Assembly (NCBI RefSeq): GCF_000143415.4
Contig: NW_003314337.1
Location: 850,711 to 914,710, forward strand
From: Selaginella moellendorffii
Lineage: Eukaryota > Plantae > Lycopodiophyta
Length of the DNA stretch: 64,000 nucleotides
Direction of reading: 5' to 3'
How positions within the stretch are numbered: position 1 is the stretch's first letter; each line of letters opens with the position of its first letter. Shown here one piece after another: positions 47,226-60,651 of this stretch. The notes under the pieces were generated by a model. It saw only the letters and a program-made list of their open reading frames with translations. It was not told the DNA's origin and searched no databases. The position numbers and the translations under genes were made by a program.

Positions 47226-49825
47226 GCCCTCTTTTTTGTGATTACTTGCAAGAACACGAGCCTTTCAGCTTTACTCCTCCAGATCCATTTTCTTGAAGGT
47301 GACTAACCTCCTTGCAATACCCATTCTGGGTAAGTGCCTTAGTGCGAGTGGAAAAGTGATATTCGAATATAAGGAAGGAGCTTTGATTTGCACAAAGCTG
47401 TTCTCGTTTTGCTTGCAGGCATCTTACAGTTATTTTCTTTTTTCAACGGTGGCCTTCCTGCTGTGATGACGTTGGAGCAAGACGAATCCACTGCCACGAT
47501 GAGTATGGAGCACACGCTTTTGTACAAATCGCTTTGAATTTGTGTAAACAAAACGAGATTTCCTGGTCTTTGTATTTGCTCCGTGGCGGAAATGGTGGTG
47601 ATCTCCAGCTCTACTTCTGAATCGAATGTGATAGTAGGCCTGGATTTTGGGACGACTGGATGATGCATACAAGCCCTACACCAAGACGCAACCAGTTTGT
47701 TCAACTCTCCAGCCAGAGAGCTTCTTGCTTGGGGATGGATTACCTACTCGAAAACTCTCTGGGAAAATAAGAAAACTGTGCTGGAGGATTTATAGGCTGG
47801 ACTGTTTGCAGTGTGTACTGGCCATCGAGGCAAGCGATTTTGCTGCTGATGGCTGCTGAGGTTTCCTAGAATTCCATGCTTCTCCAACGCTGATTTCATT
47901 GGTGGAGAGGAGGGTCGGTTTTAAGATGGCTACAATGATTTTCGTTATTTACAGGTTTTTACATTTGTTCACCCAACCCAACTGACAACAGGAGATACAA
48001 GTGGCTCTAGTTCAAGGTACTGCACTTCATATTGCTGCCAGAAGTTTTCCAGCGTCCCAGGAGATTCATCACGAGAGCTCCAAGCTAGGCACACGAAATT
48101 AAGCCCTGGACATTGCCTACAAAGACGTCATGCAGTTGGGGAAGATGCCAGCCAGCAAGCCAGCCAGACAAGAATGTGATATCCTGGACGTCGATCGTCA
48201 CGGCCTAATTTATAAGCTTGTGCCATTTCTTTTTCATAGCTTATGTTGTCAAAGAGGCCCCAAATGCCCTAGAGCACACCACACCCTTTCAGCTCCAAAA
48301 CAGATGCCCACACCTCGCCGTAAAAAGGCAAAACCAACACCTCTGGCACCATGGATCACAAGCACAGCAGATGCCCTCGACACGTACGCCAATGCACGTG
48401 CCTCAAACAGCAGAACCACAGAAGCAACAACGTTGTCCTCCTGCCCCAGCCAATCCTCAGGCTGCCCTGGCACTGCAAGACCGCCACTGTCTCCTTCCAA
48501 ATTTTTTGAATTTGAATTCCAAAAATTCTAGAAGCACCACTGGAAAAGATTGCAGAAAATTCCCCATGAACACCATCCACATGGCTGAAGAATTTATAGC
48601 CAAGATTGGCACATAGACTCAATGGAAGCAGAGAACAGCTGCCCAGGAGCTAGATTGGAATCCACAAGAATGGCAATTGATCAGTAACAGCTTAACATGA
48701 TCGATTTAGATGAAGAGCCAGAGGCCAACACTCACAAAGCACCTCACAAGCATAAAGTGCCTTGCAAAAGAGGAAGAAATAAGAAAAATCTCATAGGAAA
48801 ACAGAAAGAGTTGGGCATGGGGTATTTAATTTTATGGTTTAGATTTCTATTGAAACAATAATCCTGATTTCTTGTTTATGTGACATTCATTATCCACATA
48901 TATAATGATGTGAAATTGCTTATGTTGCCTTGTTGAGGAGGCAAGGCATTTTAAATTCCACATGAATTTACAATTAAAAACATTAATTTAATATGCAAAG
49001 AAATGACAAGAGGTTGTAAATCTATTGTGATTTTTCAAAACTCTACAAGCATTTCATTTGAATTTCATTTATAGTGAATTAAAAGATTTCTCCTGTGTAT
49101 ATCTTTCTTTTCAGGCCTCTTATTTCGGCTAGAAACATTTTACAGCTCAAGCAACAGGACTTCACATACAAAGGCCTGTCACTCACCTTTCTCTCTGCAT
49201 TCTCAAGGTCAGCCAATGTCAGTTTTTAGTAGCATAGTCCAGCTTCATAACACCTGTTTTTAACAAAGATTTAGCTGCCGTGTGTTCTCTGACTTCCACA
49301 TCAGGACTGGAGCGTCCATAGCATGTCCTCACGTTAGTGCAGGAATCTGTCAAGATCCATTGGTGGAAGAATTGCTTTCTGGGGCCACACTGCATGCTAT
49401 TGGGCGGAGCACACTTGGGATTTCAATATGTTGGGGCCACGTCCACATTGACAATGATACAGTTTATAAATTGGCCATCAACTTAGTTTTTGGCTCAGCT
49501 AAATGGTGGACTATGTCTTCAAGAGATTGGAGTGCCAAAGCCCACTAATGAGGCAAAAGGTATGTTCTCTTGTTTGTTTGTTTGTCGTTTTTTCCAGAGT
49601 GAAGTTGGAATACCTGGAATCGAGTTTAAATGTTCATGCATGAGTCTGTGGTGAGAAGCATAAGCTTTGATTCTCATGAGAAGAATTTTCGACATAAGCA
49701 CCCCTTCTATAGCCACTACAGGGATAACCATATAAAACCAAATGGAAACCAAATAAACCATATATGCTATGATATACCGTATGCCTAAATATACCCTTCG
49801 CATAACTTTATAGGGCTAGACAGCA

Positions 49826-50250
49826 GTGAGTCACATGGGGTGCAGAGCGTACCAGGAGGACAGGTTGTTGGCGATCCCAGGAAAGGTTGGACTGTTTGCA
49901 GTGTTTGATGGCCATCGCAGATCACAGGCAAGTGATTTTGCAGTGACCTGGTTCTATGAAAGATTCAACTATCACTTGAACAAAAGCAATGACAACACCC
50001 AACTGCTAATGGCTGCTCTGTCCTTGGCAGTCTCAGACATGGAGGATGCCTTCCTTAAGGAATCGGAGAAGCATGGCATTGTCGCAGGAACCATAGCCTA
50101 TGTAGCAGTTGTCACTAGCCACGCCCTTGTGGTCTTGAATGTTGGAGACTCTAGGGTTATCCTATGTGGTATGGAACTTGAGGATTGTGTAAGGCTGATG
50201 CTTGACCATCATATGTATTGGGAGGATGAGAGAAAATGGATTGAGGAAGC
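49826..50250 (+). pseudogene. PP2C protein phosphatase fragment, intronless and truncated
   Basis: Motifs are GCRAYQEDR, FAVFDGH, NVGDSRVILC and DH...ERKWIEEA; the frame then runs into a minisatellite. Confidence 0.85.
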
Positions 50251-50254
50251 TGTC

Positions 50255-53030
50255 TTAGTCTCCATCTCAAACTTGACCTCAGACTCCATCTCGGGTCCAT
50301 CACGGACTCAACCTCGGACTCTATCTCGGGTCCATCTCAGACTCTATTTCGGGTTTATCTCAGAATCCATTTCGGGTTCATTTCGGACTCCATCTTGGGT
50401 CCATCTCAGACTCCATCTCAGACTCGTTCCTGGCACTTCCATGTGTCACGAAACTTGCCATGTGCCAATCCTTCTTGTGTCCCTTTTTTAGGGACTCATT
50501 CACTAATTGCTTTGTACTCATTCCTCAAGCACTTTGTTCAGAGTTCCATTCTTGCTCTCAACTTTCCAAGATAGAGCTTTTGGTTCAAAGATGTTATGCA
50601 GGTTGAACTTCCACTTCAACCACTACCATGTGGCACCTTTTTGTGGCCTTTCCTGCCAAATTGGTTCTTCTAGAGTCCTCCCCCCTATTATACTTTTGGA
50701 GCTCACCAAAACCCCCAAGGTCTGGGAGATTATCACTTTTGGCTTTCACACTTGGACTCAAACTTGGACTTGGACTCAGACTTGGTCTTAGTCTGGGTCT
50801 AGGTCTAGTTTGGGTCTAGGTCTAGGTCTTGATCTCATTCTTGGTCTTAGTCTCGGTCTTGATCTCAGCTTTGACCTCAGAGTTGACCTCGGACCCAGTC
50901 TTGGTCTCCATCTTGGACTTGACCTCGGACTCCATCTCAGGTCCATCTCAAACTCAACTTTGGACTCCATCTTGGGTCCATCTCAGACTCCATCTTGGTG
51001 TGAGACACAAAATCCCTAAGCCCCAAAGTGGAGTCGAAAGGGTGCCACATGGTAGTGGCTAAGGTAAAAGACAAATGAGTGTAACATATTTAGACTAAAA
51101 ACTCTGACTTAAAAAGTCAAAAGTAGGAGTGGAACTCCCAAAAAAGTGCTCAAGAAACGAGCACAAAGCGAGCAATAAGTGAGTTCGAGATGGACCCAAG
51201 ATGGAGTTTGATATGGACCCGAGATGGAGTCCGAGATATACCTAAGATGGAGTCGACATGGAGTTTGAGATGGAGTCTGAGATGGAATTGAGATGAAGTC
51301 CGAGATGGACCCGAGATGGAGTTTGAGATGGACCCGAGATGGAGTCCGCGATGGAACTGAGACTGAGATTGAGAATGAGACTAAGACCGAGACCGAGATT
51401 GAGACTGAGACCGAGTCCAAGTCCGAAACTGAGACCGAGACCAAGACCGAGTCCAAGTCCGAGTTCGAATACTAATACAGGCTATTAGGTGAAATCCCAA
51501 AGCAATTGTCCCCCGGAGGGAGGGGGGGGCTGTAGGGGGTTCCAAAAGTATAGTAAGGAGAGTGTGGGGATTGGACCTAGTAGAGCTAGTTTGGCCAGGA
51601 AAGGCCAGTGTGACCCAGGAAGGCTATGCCCACATATTGGGTGATGATATACCCACTAAGGAGTCCAAAGCTAGAGTGAATACGAACAGACAAGCAAAAT
51701 AGTTTGATGAAGTGTTCAAAAGCTGACTTTAGTTCCCCTAGAAGATCGAATGGTCAATGCTCCCAGTCCAAGTGTGGGTGGCACTACCTACTTGGATACC
51801 TGTTGTGGCTCAACGGAATTTCGCTCTAAGCTTATGGCTAGAGCACCCAAAGGTGAAAGGTGGGGAGAGTACCCATGAGGCTCGCAAAGGGCCATGGTGT
51901 TCCAAAATATTGTCCCAAAGTCCTGCACTATGGAAAGGAAGAAGAATAGTTCTCTGGTGTAGTGACTAAGGATACGGAGGAAGTCCCAAAAGGTAGTGGG
52001 ACTTTGGTGGTCGGGCCTGTGAGCCTTGACCCAATGGTAATGTTAGCGAACATAGCCATGGATAGAGAGGGACTTAGTGGGGACCGAAAGAGAGATATTG
52101 GGGAAGGTTGTTCCCCATGTTTGTGGGCATCTTAAGGATGCTAATGAGTGCATCTATAATGACCACTCATGCATGGATGACTCAATTTTTGAAAGACAGA
52201 ACTCTGATGCAAGTGGTGTTGGACCATTAGTGTGGCAAAAGTGAAAGGGCATGGCCTTAGTGTAACGGGCTGATATGCCAGTGGTATCTTTGGGTGTTGG
52301 TCGTGGGATTGGACACGAGGAGCACTTGGACCAAGTGCAGAGGTTGAGTGGCAGAGATGTCATTCTTGAGGCTGGCATACCCCAAGTTTGGAATAGGACT
52401 TATAGAGGTTGTGAGACTCCTCTAAGTGGTCAAAAGTGTGGTTAAGTGACTAAGTAGAATGGAAAATTTAGTTGCTTACACTCGGGTCCATCTCGAACTC
52501 CATCTTAAACTCATTCTTGACACTTCCATGTGTCACAAAACTTGCGATGTCTCAGTCCTTCTTATGTCCCTTTTTTAGAGACTTATTCACCAATTGCTTC
52601 ATGCTCAACCTCAGACCCAGTCTTGGTGTCCATCTTGGACTTGACCTCAAACTCTATCTCAGGTCCATCTCAGACTCAACCTTGAACTCCATCTCGGATC
52701 TATCTCAGACTCCATCTTAGGTCCATCTCAAGTCCATTTTAGGCTCTATGTCGGGACTATCTTAGACTCCTTCTCAAACTCATTCCTAACACTTCTATGT
52801 GTCACAAAACTTGCCATGTGTCAATCCTTCTTGTATCCCTTTTTTAGAGACTCATTCACTAATTGCTTTGTGCTCATTCCTTAAACACTTTATTCAGGGT
52901 TTCACTCTCACTCTTGACTTTCCAAATCAAAGCTTTTGATCCAAACATGTTACACTGGTTGGACTTCCATTTTGACCATTACCAACTTTTTTGGCTCCAC
53001 TTTGGGGCTTAGGGATTTATGTCTCACACC
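50255..53030. repeat. LTR-like family B fragments with GACTCCATCTC minisatellite, present in both orientations
   Basis: 50430-50720 matches 52510-53000. 50999-51470 is the inverted counterpart: its TGTGAGACA... start pairs with ...TGTCTCACA at ~53028. Confidence 0.6.
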
Positions 53031-54892
53031 CCAATTGTGATATGAAGTGTTGGTTCCTTTTTGATTGGAGAAGTATTGGAGAAGAATTGTTTGGACCCTT
53101 AAATGTGCAACACCGAATCAGCTATATCTTCCACTAGCCCCAATCGTGATATGAAGTGTTGGATGCTTTTGTAACATTTAAGTGTTGCTCCCTCTAACTG
53201 ATGCATCCTAGGGTCTGTTTCAGTGTCGAAAGGGTGTTATGTATTTGGGCCTCTTTGACAAGATAAGTTATGATTTGCTATGTAGACAAAATGGCATAAG
53301 CTCATATATACATAATTAGAGAGCATTATGATATACAAACTGCTCCTTTTGTAGATATAGATGCTAAAGAAGATTACATTTAGTTATTTTTCTACTAGAA
53401 TTTTATAGCATTATTATATAGTTTCTTCTTTGACTCATAGTATTTAATTTTTCATTGAAATTAGAATATTTAGTTTTTTTTGGATTCAAAATATGTCTAA
53501 AATTTTGAATAGAATTGTTAGTTCATCTTAAACCAATCATGCCAACATCAACTTTTATATTTTCTGGACTATATTGACTTTCATTTACTTCTGTTGACAT
53601 GAGCTCACTTTCTAAGCAAAGGTCAAAAACTTCCAACCCCATATTTACCTAGACAAAGTTTATAAAACGTTTAAGCTCAAGATGGAGGATATAATATTGA
53701 GACTCCATCTTGAAGTTACAATCTAAATATAAATAATATATTACAAGTTTTGGAGGATAAAATTTAAGAAAATGTTTAGACACAACAAAAGCCCTATCAA
53801 ACAAAGTCACATGAGTGAACACATTAATGGCTACTCAGCATTACAACAAATTTACATGCATGAATTTTTGGAAAAAAAAAATGTTTGACACAAAGGACTA
53901 GTAGTTTTACTATTTATCAAAACCTCTTCAATCATGTTGGTGCATGTTCTACACATTATCTCTCTTTCAAACACAGTGAAAACACAAGAAGAAGCTCCTC
54001 CATAGCCAAGAAACTCAATATATCTTTACCCTCGTCCTGTCGTAAACTCATGGGGAAGAAAAGTAAATACCCCTATAGAATATCCTCTCTCACACATATA
54101 TTGGGCATAATGGAATCCGAGCAAAAAAACGGGCTGATTCATTCTTAAAGGGAATATTTATAGAATATTTATGCTCTAAGATGCTCTACAACATGGATCA
54201 AACAGCCCTTTAGCATGAAAAGAACCCATGACCTACAACTGTAGAAATCAACAACTAAAGAGAGAGCAAATGCCTAAGAGAGGTAACTGTAGAAAGAGTG
54301 TGAAACAACAAAGAAAAATAAAGTGACCATTTTCTTGGAGGCTTCAGTTGTCCCCAAGGAGTGTCACAACTATGACTTTGGGTATCAAAAGCTACTTATC
54401 AGCTAGTCCTTTTAAATATTCTTTCTTTACTACCATGACAGTAGGAGGTCGGTATTGCTGGACCTGTTATCAGTTCCCACTTGACCTAGTTAAGAAACTG
54501 GTCAATAACCATGCACTTAAATTGGATAAACATAAAGTAGGAACCCTATAAGTTTTTTGTTGAGCATACTCAACCTGGTTTGAGAAACTTGTGTCATTGG
54601 CTTGCACTTGCTAGTATTAAGAACCCTCGTGAGATTGAGCTTGATCCTTCAATATTCGCTGGATGATAGCTTACCGTGTTTGCTAAACACCCTCGCTATC
54701 ACACCCTTTATGTTAGTTTCATTTCAGTCCCAAATACTATTTAGATTTGCTCATTTGACATATCTATGGAATGTAAAGATTTTCTTGAACACAATGGTGT
54801 TCGTCCCGTGTCCAAATTCACAATTTAGAGACATTCTATATTTAGTAAGTTTTGAACTTGTCCTAGAGATTAACTCTTGATAGTAAGGGAGA

Positions 54893-55437
54893 TTTGGGGT
54901 GAAAGCCCAAAGCATGTGTTTTTCAAGGGGGGGGGGGGAGGGGGGGGATATGCAGGGGTTCCAAATGTATAGTAGGGATAATAGGTAGGTCGGGTATGGC
55001 TGACCAACTTAAAGTATAATCTATGTTTGCATGCCTATCCTTGTTCTACGTTCGGCTAGGTTCTATATTATACTAATTGGTGGAGTACCTATATCCTCAT
55101 GTTAGGCCACTAGTATGCTATGCCAGACTCCATTTGGCTCCATTTTGCATGCTAGTCTTGGCATTGGGATGTTGGATACCCTAAGACTATTGCAAGTCAC
55201 TCTATGCTCTTGTCCCTTCGCTCTTTGGGCTTTACACTTGGGAGTTGCTCTGTGCTCCAGTACCTTTGTTCCTTGGCTCCATGCTTAGGAGTTTGGCTTT
55301 GTTCCTTTGTTCAGTGGCCCAAGGCCCTGAAACTGAGGTTCCACTCCGCTGTCCTTTGTTCTACTTCATGGTTATTCTATGGTAAATCACCATAGAGTAA
55401 AGGGTAAAAACCACGTGCACTACATTTGATATCAGAG
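54893..55437 (+). mobile_element. LTR family A copy with upstream purine tract and downstream tRNA-Met PBS-like TGATATCAGAG
   Basis: AAGGGAGAT precedes the LTR, which ends CTACA at 55424. The PBS is one mismatch from TGGTATCAGAG. Confidence 0.7.
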
Positions 55438-55556
55438 AATACGTCTCAGCGAACACTATCCAATGAGATTAGGCAACTAGTCTTGTTGCATACTGTAGCG
55501 CATGTGATCATGGGATGAGATTTGGATATACTGTCACCGTGGATCCTTGGAACCTT

Positions 55557-55945
55557 GTGAGCCCAAAGCGCTTGTCTCCCTGGGGCGTGGTAGGCCGTGA
55601 GCACCGGAAGGATAGTGGGGGATGCGAGTGTTGGGCAGCCGAGGTCAGACCTCGGGTGCCCGGCTCCACACCCCCTGCTGGACTTCCAGCGCGTGCGCGG
55701 GCTGCCGGGCTCCATGGACCTTGCGTGCACCATGTCGGAGTCGGACTCGGGCTCCATCTCGGACTCGGGTTCCGGCTCGGACATGGACACGTGGGGGTGA
55801 AAGCCCAAAGCGCTTGTCTCCCTGGGGCGTGGTAGGCCGCGAGCACCGGAAGGATAGTGGGGGATGCGAGTGTGGGCAGCCGAGGTCAGACCTCGGGTTG
55901 CCCAGCTCCACACCCCCTGCTGGACTTCCAGTGCATGCGCGGGCT
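55557..55945 (+). repeat. Tandem duplication (~245-bp period) of a GC-rich LTR-A-like 5' segment
   Basis: GCCCAAAGCGCTTGTCTCCCTGGGGCGTGGTAGG occurs at 55561 and 55803. Confidence 0.8.
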
Positions 55946-56892
55946 CCTGCCTGCTCGGACTTGGGCTTGAAGTCAGGCTCGAGCACGTACTCGGGCTTTT
56001 GCTCGGGCTCGCGTTCGGACTTGGCTCCTGCTCAGGCTCAAGCTTGAACTCGGACTGGGACAAACAGCCATAAGCTGTTGTCCCAGAAAGAGGAGGGACT
56101 TTCTTACCTATAGGATGATGGGTGGGGAGTGGAGGCTCTCGGGCAGCTGGGGTTGAACTGCGGCTGCCCAGCTCTGCTTCCCATACAAACGAGAGTTGGC
56201 TCGCTTGCCAGGGTCACGTCGTGGCGCTTCGATGGCTCCCCTTGTGTGCCTCACCTTGTGGGCTTCCCGTGCCCACCGGCCGAAGGAAACGGTGCTCAGC
56301 TGCTCTGGTGGCAAGCACGTGCAGCATCCGTCCAGGTGTTACCCGATCGGCGATCCAGACGCGGAACTCCCGACGTGGAATGCCTGGGCAGTGTCGCATG
56401 TGTGAGTGCTCGTGGCCTTTGGCCGGTGGCGTGGGGGGGGCCTCCCCAGTATTGATGGGGGGTGGGGTTGTGCAAGGGTTCTCGGCTGCGGAGAGAGCCT
56501 CGGCGTGGCTTCCCTGGCACCCACTCCAGCGTTTGGCAGAGTCGTGCTGTGTGGTCCATGGGCATGGCCTTGGGACCACATCTGCACGCCTGTCGGGCGA
56601 GGGGGAGGGAGGCAGCAGTGTGGTCCTCCGAGCTTCCAAGGGAGGCAAGCCTCGGGGGCGGCACGGCTGCTTGGCAAGGGCCAGCGTCACGCGGCGGGAA
56701 AGGGGAGGGGCCCCCACCTGCCGTGCGACGGAGGGAGGAAGGGGGGAGGACTCTCCCGGGCCCGAAGCGCACGGAGAAGGCGCAGGCTGAGCCTCAGCCT
56801 GCGCGCGCGTGAGGGAGGGGGGGAAGGCCCTGCCCGCCTGCCACGTGGCACGGAAAAGAGGGGAGGGGGAAAAAAAAGTGGCCCGGAATGTC

Positions 56893-57215
56893 TGGGGCCC
56901 AAAACGCGCGATTTTTCGCGAAAAGTTGGAAAGGTACCACGTGTTCCGCGGGCTTTTTTTGGGGCCCAAAACGCGCGATTTTTCACGAAATGTTGGGGAG
57001 GTACCCCACATTTCGCGGGGCGCGTTTTGGGGCCCAAAACGCGCGATTTTTCGCGAAAAGTTGCAAGGGTACCACGTGTTCCGCAGGCTTTTTTTGGGGC
57101 CCAAAACACGCGATTTTTCACGAAATGTTGGAGAGGTACCCCACATTTCGCCCCAAAACGCGGTCTTCGTGAATTGTTGGGGAGGTACCACATGTCCCGC
57201 GGGCGTGCGTTTTGG
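56893..57215 (+). repeat. GC-rich ~67-bp tandem subrepeats upstream of the 5S-like gene
   Basis: GGGCCCAAAACGCGCGATTTTTC recurs 4-5 times. Confidence 0.85.
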
Positions 57216-57307
57216 CACCCAAAAAGAACACGGGATTGTGGAGGTACGCTGCAGCTTTGGATCAGCTGCCCCACACTATAAGAGTAGGGGGAGTGTGAAA
57301 TATTTCA

Positions 57308-57425
57308 GAGTGGGTTCAAACCATGACTATGGCACTGGATCCCATCAGACCTCCAAAGTTAAGCGTCCCTGGGCTTGAATAGTACTGGGCTGGGTGACCA
57401 CCCGGGAAGTCCAAGTGACCCCCTC
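57308..57425 (+). rRNA. Divergent 5S rRNA-like gene (118 nt)
   Basis: GGATCCCATCAGA, box A AGTTAAGCG, TAGTACT and GGGTGACC..GGGAAGTCC are retained. The ends pair, there is a TATA-like element ~30 bp upstream, and a T-run follows. Confidence 0.85.
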
Positions 57426-57436
57426 TTTTTTTTTTT
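57426..57436 (+). terminator. RNA polymerase III oligo-T terminator
   Basis: A run of 11 T lies directly after the 5S-like sequence. Confidence 0.8.
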
Positions 57437-57929
57437 CCTTACAAGTCATTTATTTTTGTAAGATCACTGTTTTAATATATAGACTTTGAGTATTTTTCCA
57501 TAGCATATAAGTGTATGGTCCTTAAATACTACTTACAATTGTCAATGTAAGGTGTATTTGCCAAATTGTGTCATTAGTTAGTTATTAACTAGGATATAAG
57601 TCACAAAGAATGTGTTGTGACTGTCACCACGTGGCATGGCAAGCAAGTCCAAACATATGTATTTCACATGGCATACAAGGACACTAAACTCTAACTATGA
57701 GAACAAGCCAAAGGGCATGCCACGTGTCAATGTGACACACATTGAAAACCATAAAACTCACCAAAGCACATGCCACGTGTCAATGTGGCACACATTGAAA
57801 ACCATAAAACTCTGAGCATAAACCAAAGTGCATGCCATGTGTCAATGTGGCACACATTGAAAACCATAAAACTCTATGAGATCAAACCAAAGGCCATGCC
57901 ACGTGTCAAAATAAAACTCGGATATATCC

Positions 57930-58738
57930 AGGGCCAGACACATCCGGGGCCAGGCATATCGGGTGCCCGACATGTCCGGGGCCCGACATGTCCGGGGCCA
58001 GATATGTCCGGGTGCCCGACATGTCCGGGGCCCGATATATCTGGGGCCGGACATGTCCGGGGCCCGACATGTCCAGGGGCCCGAGATGTCCAGGGCCCGA
58101 CATGTCCGGGGCCCGATATATCTGGGGCCGGACATATCGGGTGCCCGACATATCCGGGGCCGGACATATCCGGGGCCCGATATATCCAGGGCCGGACATA
58201 TCGGGTGCCCGACATATCCGGGGCCGGACATGTCCGGGGCCCGACATATCCGGGGCCGGACATGTCCGGGGCCCGACATATCCGGGGCCGGACATGTCCG
58301 GGGCCCGACATATCGGGTGCATATCCGGGGCCCGAGATGTCCAGGGCCCGACATGTCCGGGGCCCGATATATCTGGGGCCGAACATATCGGGTGCCCGAC
58401 ATATCCGGGGCCGGACATGTCCGGGGCCCGATATATCCGGGGCCGGACATGTCCGAGGCCCGATATATCCGGGGCCGGACATATCGAATGCCCAACATAT
58501 CCGGGGCCGGACATGTCCGGGGCCCGAGATGTCCAGGGTCCGACATGTCAGGGGCCCGATATATCTGGGGCCGGACATATCGGGTGCCCGACATATCCGG
58601 GGCCGGACATGTCCGGGGCCCGACATATCCGGGGCCGGACATGTCCGGGGCCCGACATCCGACATATCGGGTGCCCGACATGTCCGGGGCCCGACATATC
58701 GGGTGCCCGACATATCTGGGGCCCGACATGTCCGGGGC
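57930..58738. repeat. 16-bp quasi-palindromic minisatellite (CC(C/G)GACAT(G/A)TCCGGGG), ~50 units
   Basis: Directly visible; it explains the repetitive ORFs in all six frames. Confidence 0.95.
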
Positions 58739-58789
58739 CTGAGGTATGCCACATGGCATACAAGTGCAGAAGAGGTACCTTCCAATGTT

Positions 58790-59182
58790 ATGTCACGTGG
58801 CATGCAACCTCAAAGATGCCACCTCTCCAAGGGTTTGTCACATGGCATGCAACCTCCAAGATGCCACCTTTCCAAGGGTTTGCCACGTGGCATCCATAGG
58901 TACCACCTCTCCAAGGGTTTGTCACGTGGCATGCAACCTCCAAGATGCACCTTTCCAAGGGTTTGCCACGTGGCATCCATAGGTACCACCTCTCCAAGGG
59001 TTTGTCACGTGGCATGCAACCTCCAAGATGCACCTTTCCAAGGGTTTGCCACGTGGCATCCATAGGTACCACCTCTCCAAGGGTTTGTCACGTGGCATGC
59101 AACCTCGAAGATGCCATCTTTCCAAGGGTTTGCCATGTGGCATCCATAGGTACCACCTCTCCAAGGGTTTGCCACGTGGCAT
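58790..59182 (+). repeat. ~83-bp two-subunit tandem repeat rich in G-box (CACGTG) sites
   Basis: GTCACGTGGCATGCAACCTC recurs at 58921, 59004 and 59086. Confidence 0.9.
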
Positions 59183-59721
59183 GCTATAAGTACATAAAAG
59201 TATGCCACATGGCATGCCACCTCATCCAAACCATCCGTCTGAATGCCACCTTCTAAAAGGTATAGCTCATGGCATATAAATTGCTCAAAATGTATGCCAC
59301 GTGGCAAACCCTACCCTACCCTAAACCCTAAACCCTACGCTTGCACATGGCATAGTGTTGCGTTCCATACATTGAGCCAGTGTGCCATCTTTAGAGCACG
59401 TGGAATAACACGTGGCGATATAAGTTACTACGAAAAAAAACAACTCGAAAACATCCAACTTTAGCCGAAATATGAGTTGGCAACACTACATTTACTACCA
59501 TGACACCAAGCTCGAAATATGTCACGTGACTCTTACCTTGAAAAACCACTAAAAACAGCACATGTTACATGGCATGAACAGTGTGCCACGTGTCATCCGC
59601 TCCTAGGAGTCGTCTCGTGACACTCGAAAAAAAAAAGTAAGAAAAAATGACCACTTTTTCATTGTTGATGTTGCAGAAGTCGCAGCACTTCCAGATTCTA
59701 AGCCCGAACACTAATACATGC

Positions 59722-60428
59722 TGTGGGGTGAAAGCCCAAAGCGTGTGTCTCCCAGGGGGGGGGGGCTGTGGGGGGTTCCAAAAGTATAGTAGGGATAGTG
59801 TGGGTGTTGGAGGTCGGGTAGCCGAGGTGGAGTCCGAGTTGAACTCGGAGTCCGAGTCCGGGTCCGAATCCGGGCGAGCGAGTGCTCTTCACGTGGTATA
59901 CTGCGTGCGGGGCGAGCTCAAAGTGGGCTTTGGCTTCTGGCTTTGGCTCGTGGCTCTGCTTTTGCTACCTGCAACATCACACTCCCTGCTCGCCACCACA
60001 ATGCGCATTGGGACGGGTCCTGGTGAAAGCCGGGAGACTCGGATCTTTGCGTGCGGTGGTGGTGGGCTGGCTGGCAGTTAATCCTCCTGATGTGGGGTGG
60101 TGTGTGCCTTTGGTAGAGGGCTGCACACCTATTGCTGTGGTGCAACACATGTGCTTGTGACGGGTCCTGGCCAATGCTCCGGCAGAACCGGGAGACTCGG
60201 ACGACCAACATGTGTGGTGCGCCACAGCTCGGGCTAGCCTCTCGCTTTTGTGTGTGTTTTGGGGCAGTGGGGTGTTCGCACCCCCTCCCAAGCACACACC
60301 CCTTGCTGTGCTGTAACCGTTGAGTCCGGATCCGGGCGGGCAAAATTCCCTCGTGTTTGAACGTGGGTGAGCTCAGTCGCATGGGGGCTTAGCTGGTGCT
60401 TCACAGCCGGGGAAGTGACGCTCTAGGC
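59722..60428 (+). mobile_element. LTR-A-like sequence truncated by telomeric repeats
   Basis: It starts TGTGGGGTGAAAGCCCAAAGC and runs into (TTTAGGG)n at 60429. Confidence 0.5.
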
Positions 60429-60462
60429 TTTAGGGTTTAGGGTTTAGGGTTTAGGGTTTAGG
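60429..60462 (+). repeat. Telomeric repeat tract (TTTAGGG)n
   Basis: Directly visible. Confidence 0.97.
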
Positions 60463-60651
60463 CGCGTTTAGGCGTTGAGGGTCAAAGACACCCCGTGGTG
60501 TTGCAATCCGGCGAGATCGCGGCACCACTTTGTGCAATCCACATTCTCCGTGTGCCGTTGTCGAAACGGCATGATTGAGAGCAAGTAGAGGAGGCAAAGG
60601 AATGAATTTTCATTCATTCGTGAGCGAGGGAGAGGACAAGAGACAACCCGA
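60463..60651 (-). mobile_element. PLE family 1 terminal fragment (189 bp) containing the empty LINE target site
   Basis: 60505-60651 matches 31617-31763; telomeric repeats lie on both sides. Confidence 0.92.

Noticed and set aside
47339-48620. Possible host gene exons
   Set aside because: They are interrupted by stops, and I recognise no family in them.
55446-57378. 200-330 aa GC-rich ORFs
   Set aside because: They overlap on both strands within repeats and show no domain signatures.
57770-59065. Long repetitive ORFs in all six frames
   Set aside because: They are artefacts of a stop-free 16-bp minisatellite.
60478-60530. tRNA-like sequence ending in CACCA
   Set aside because: There is no cloverleaf or TTC loop, only simple hairpins.
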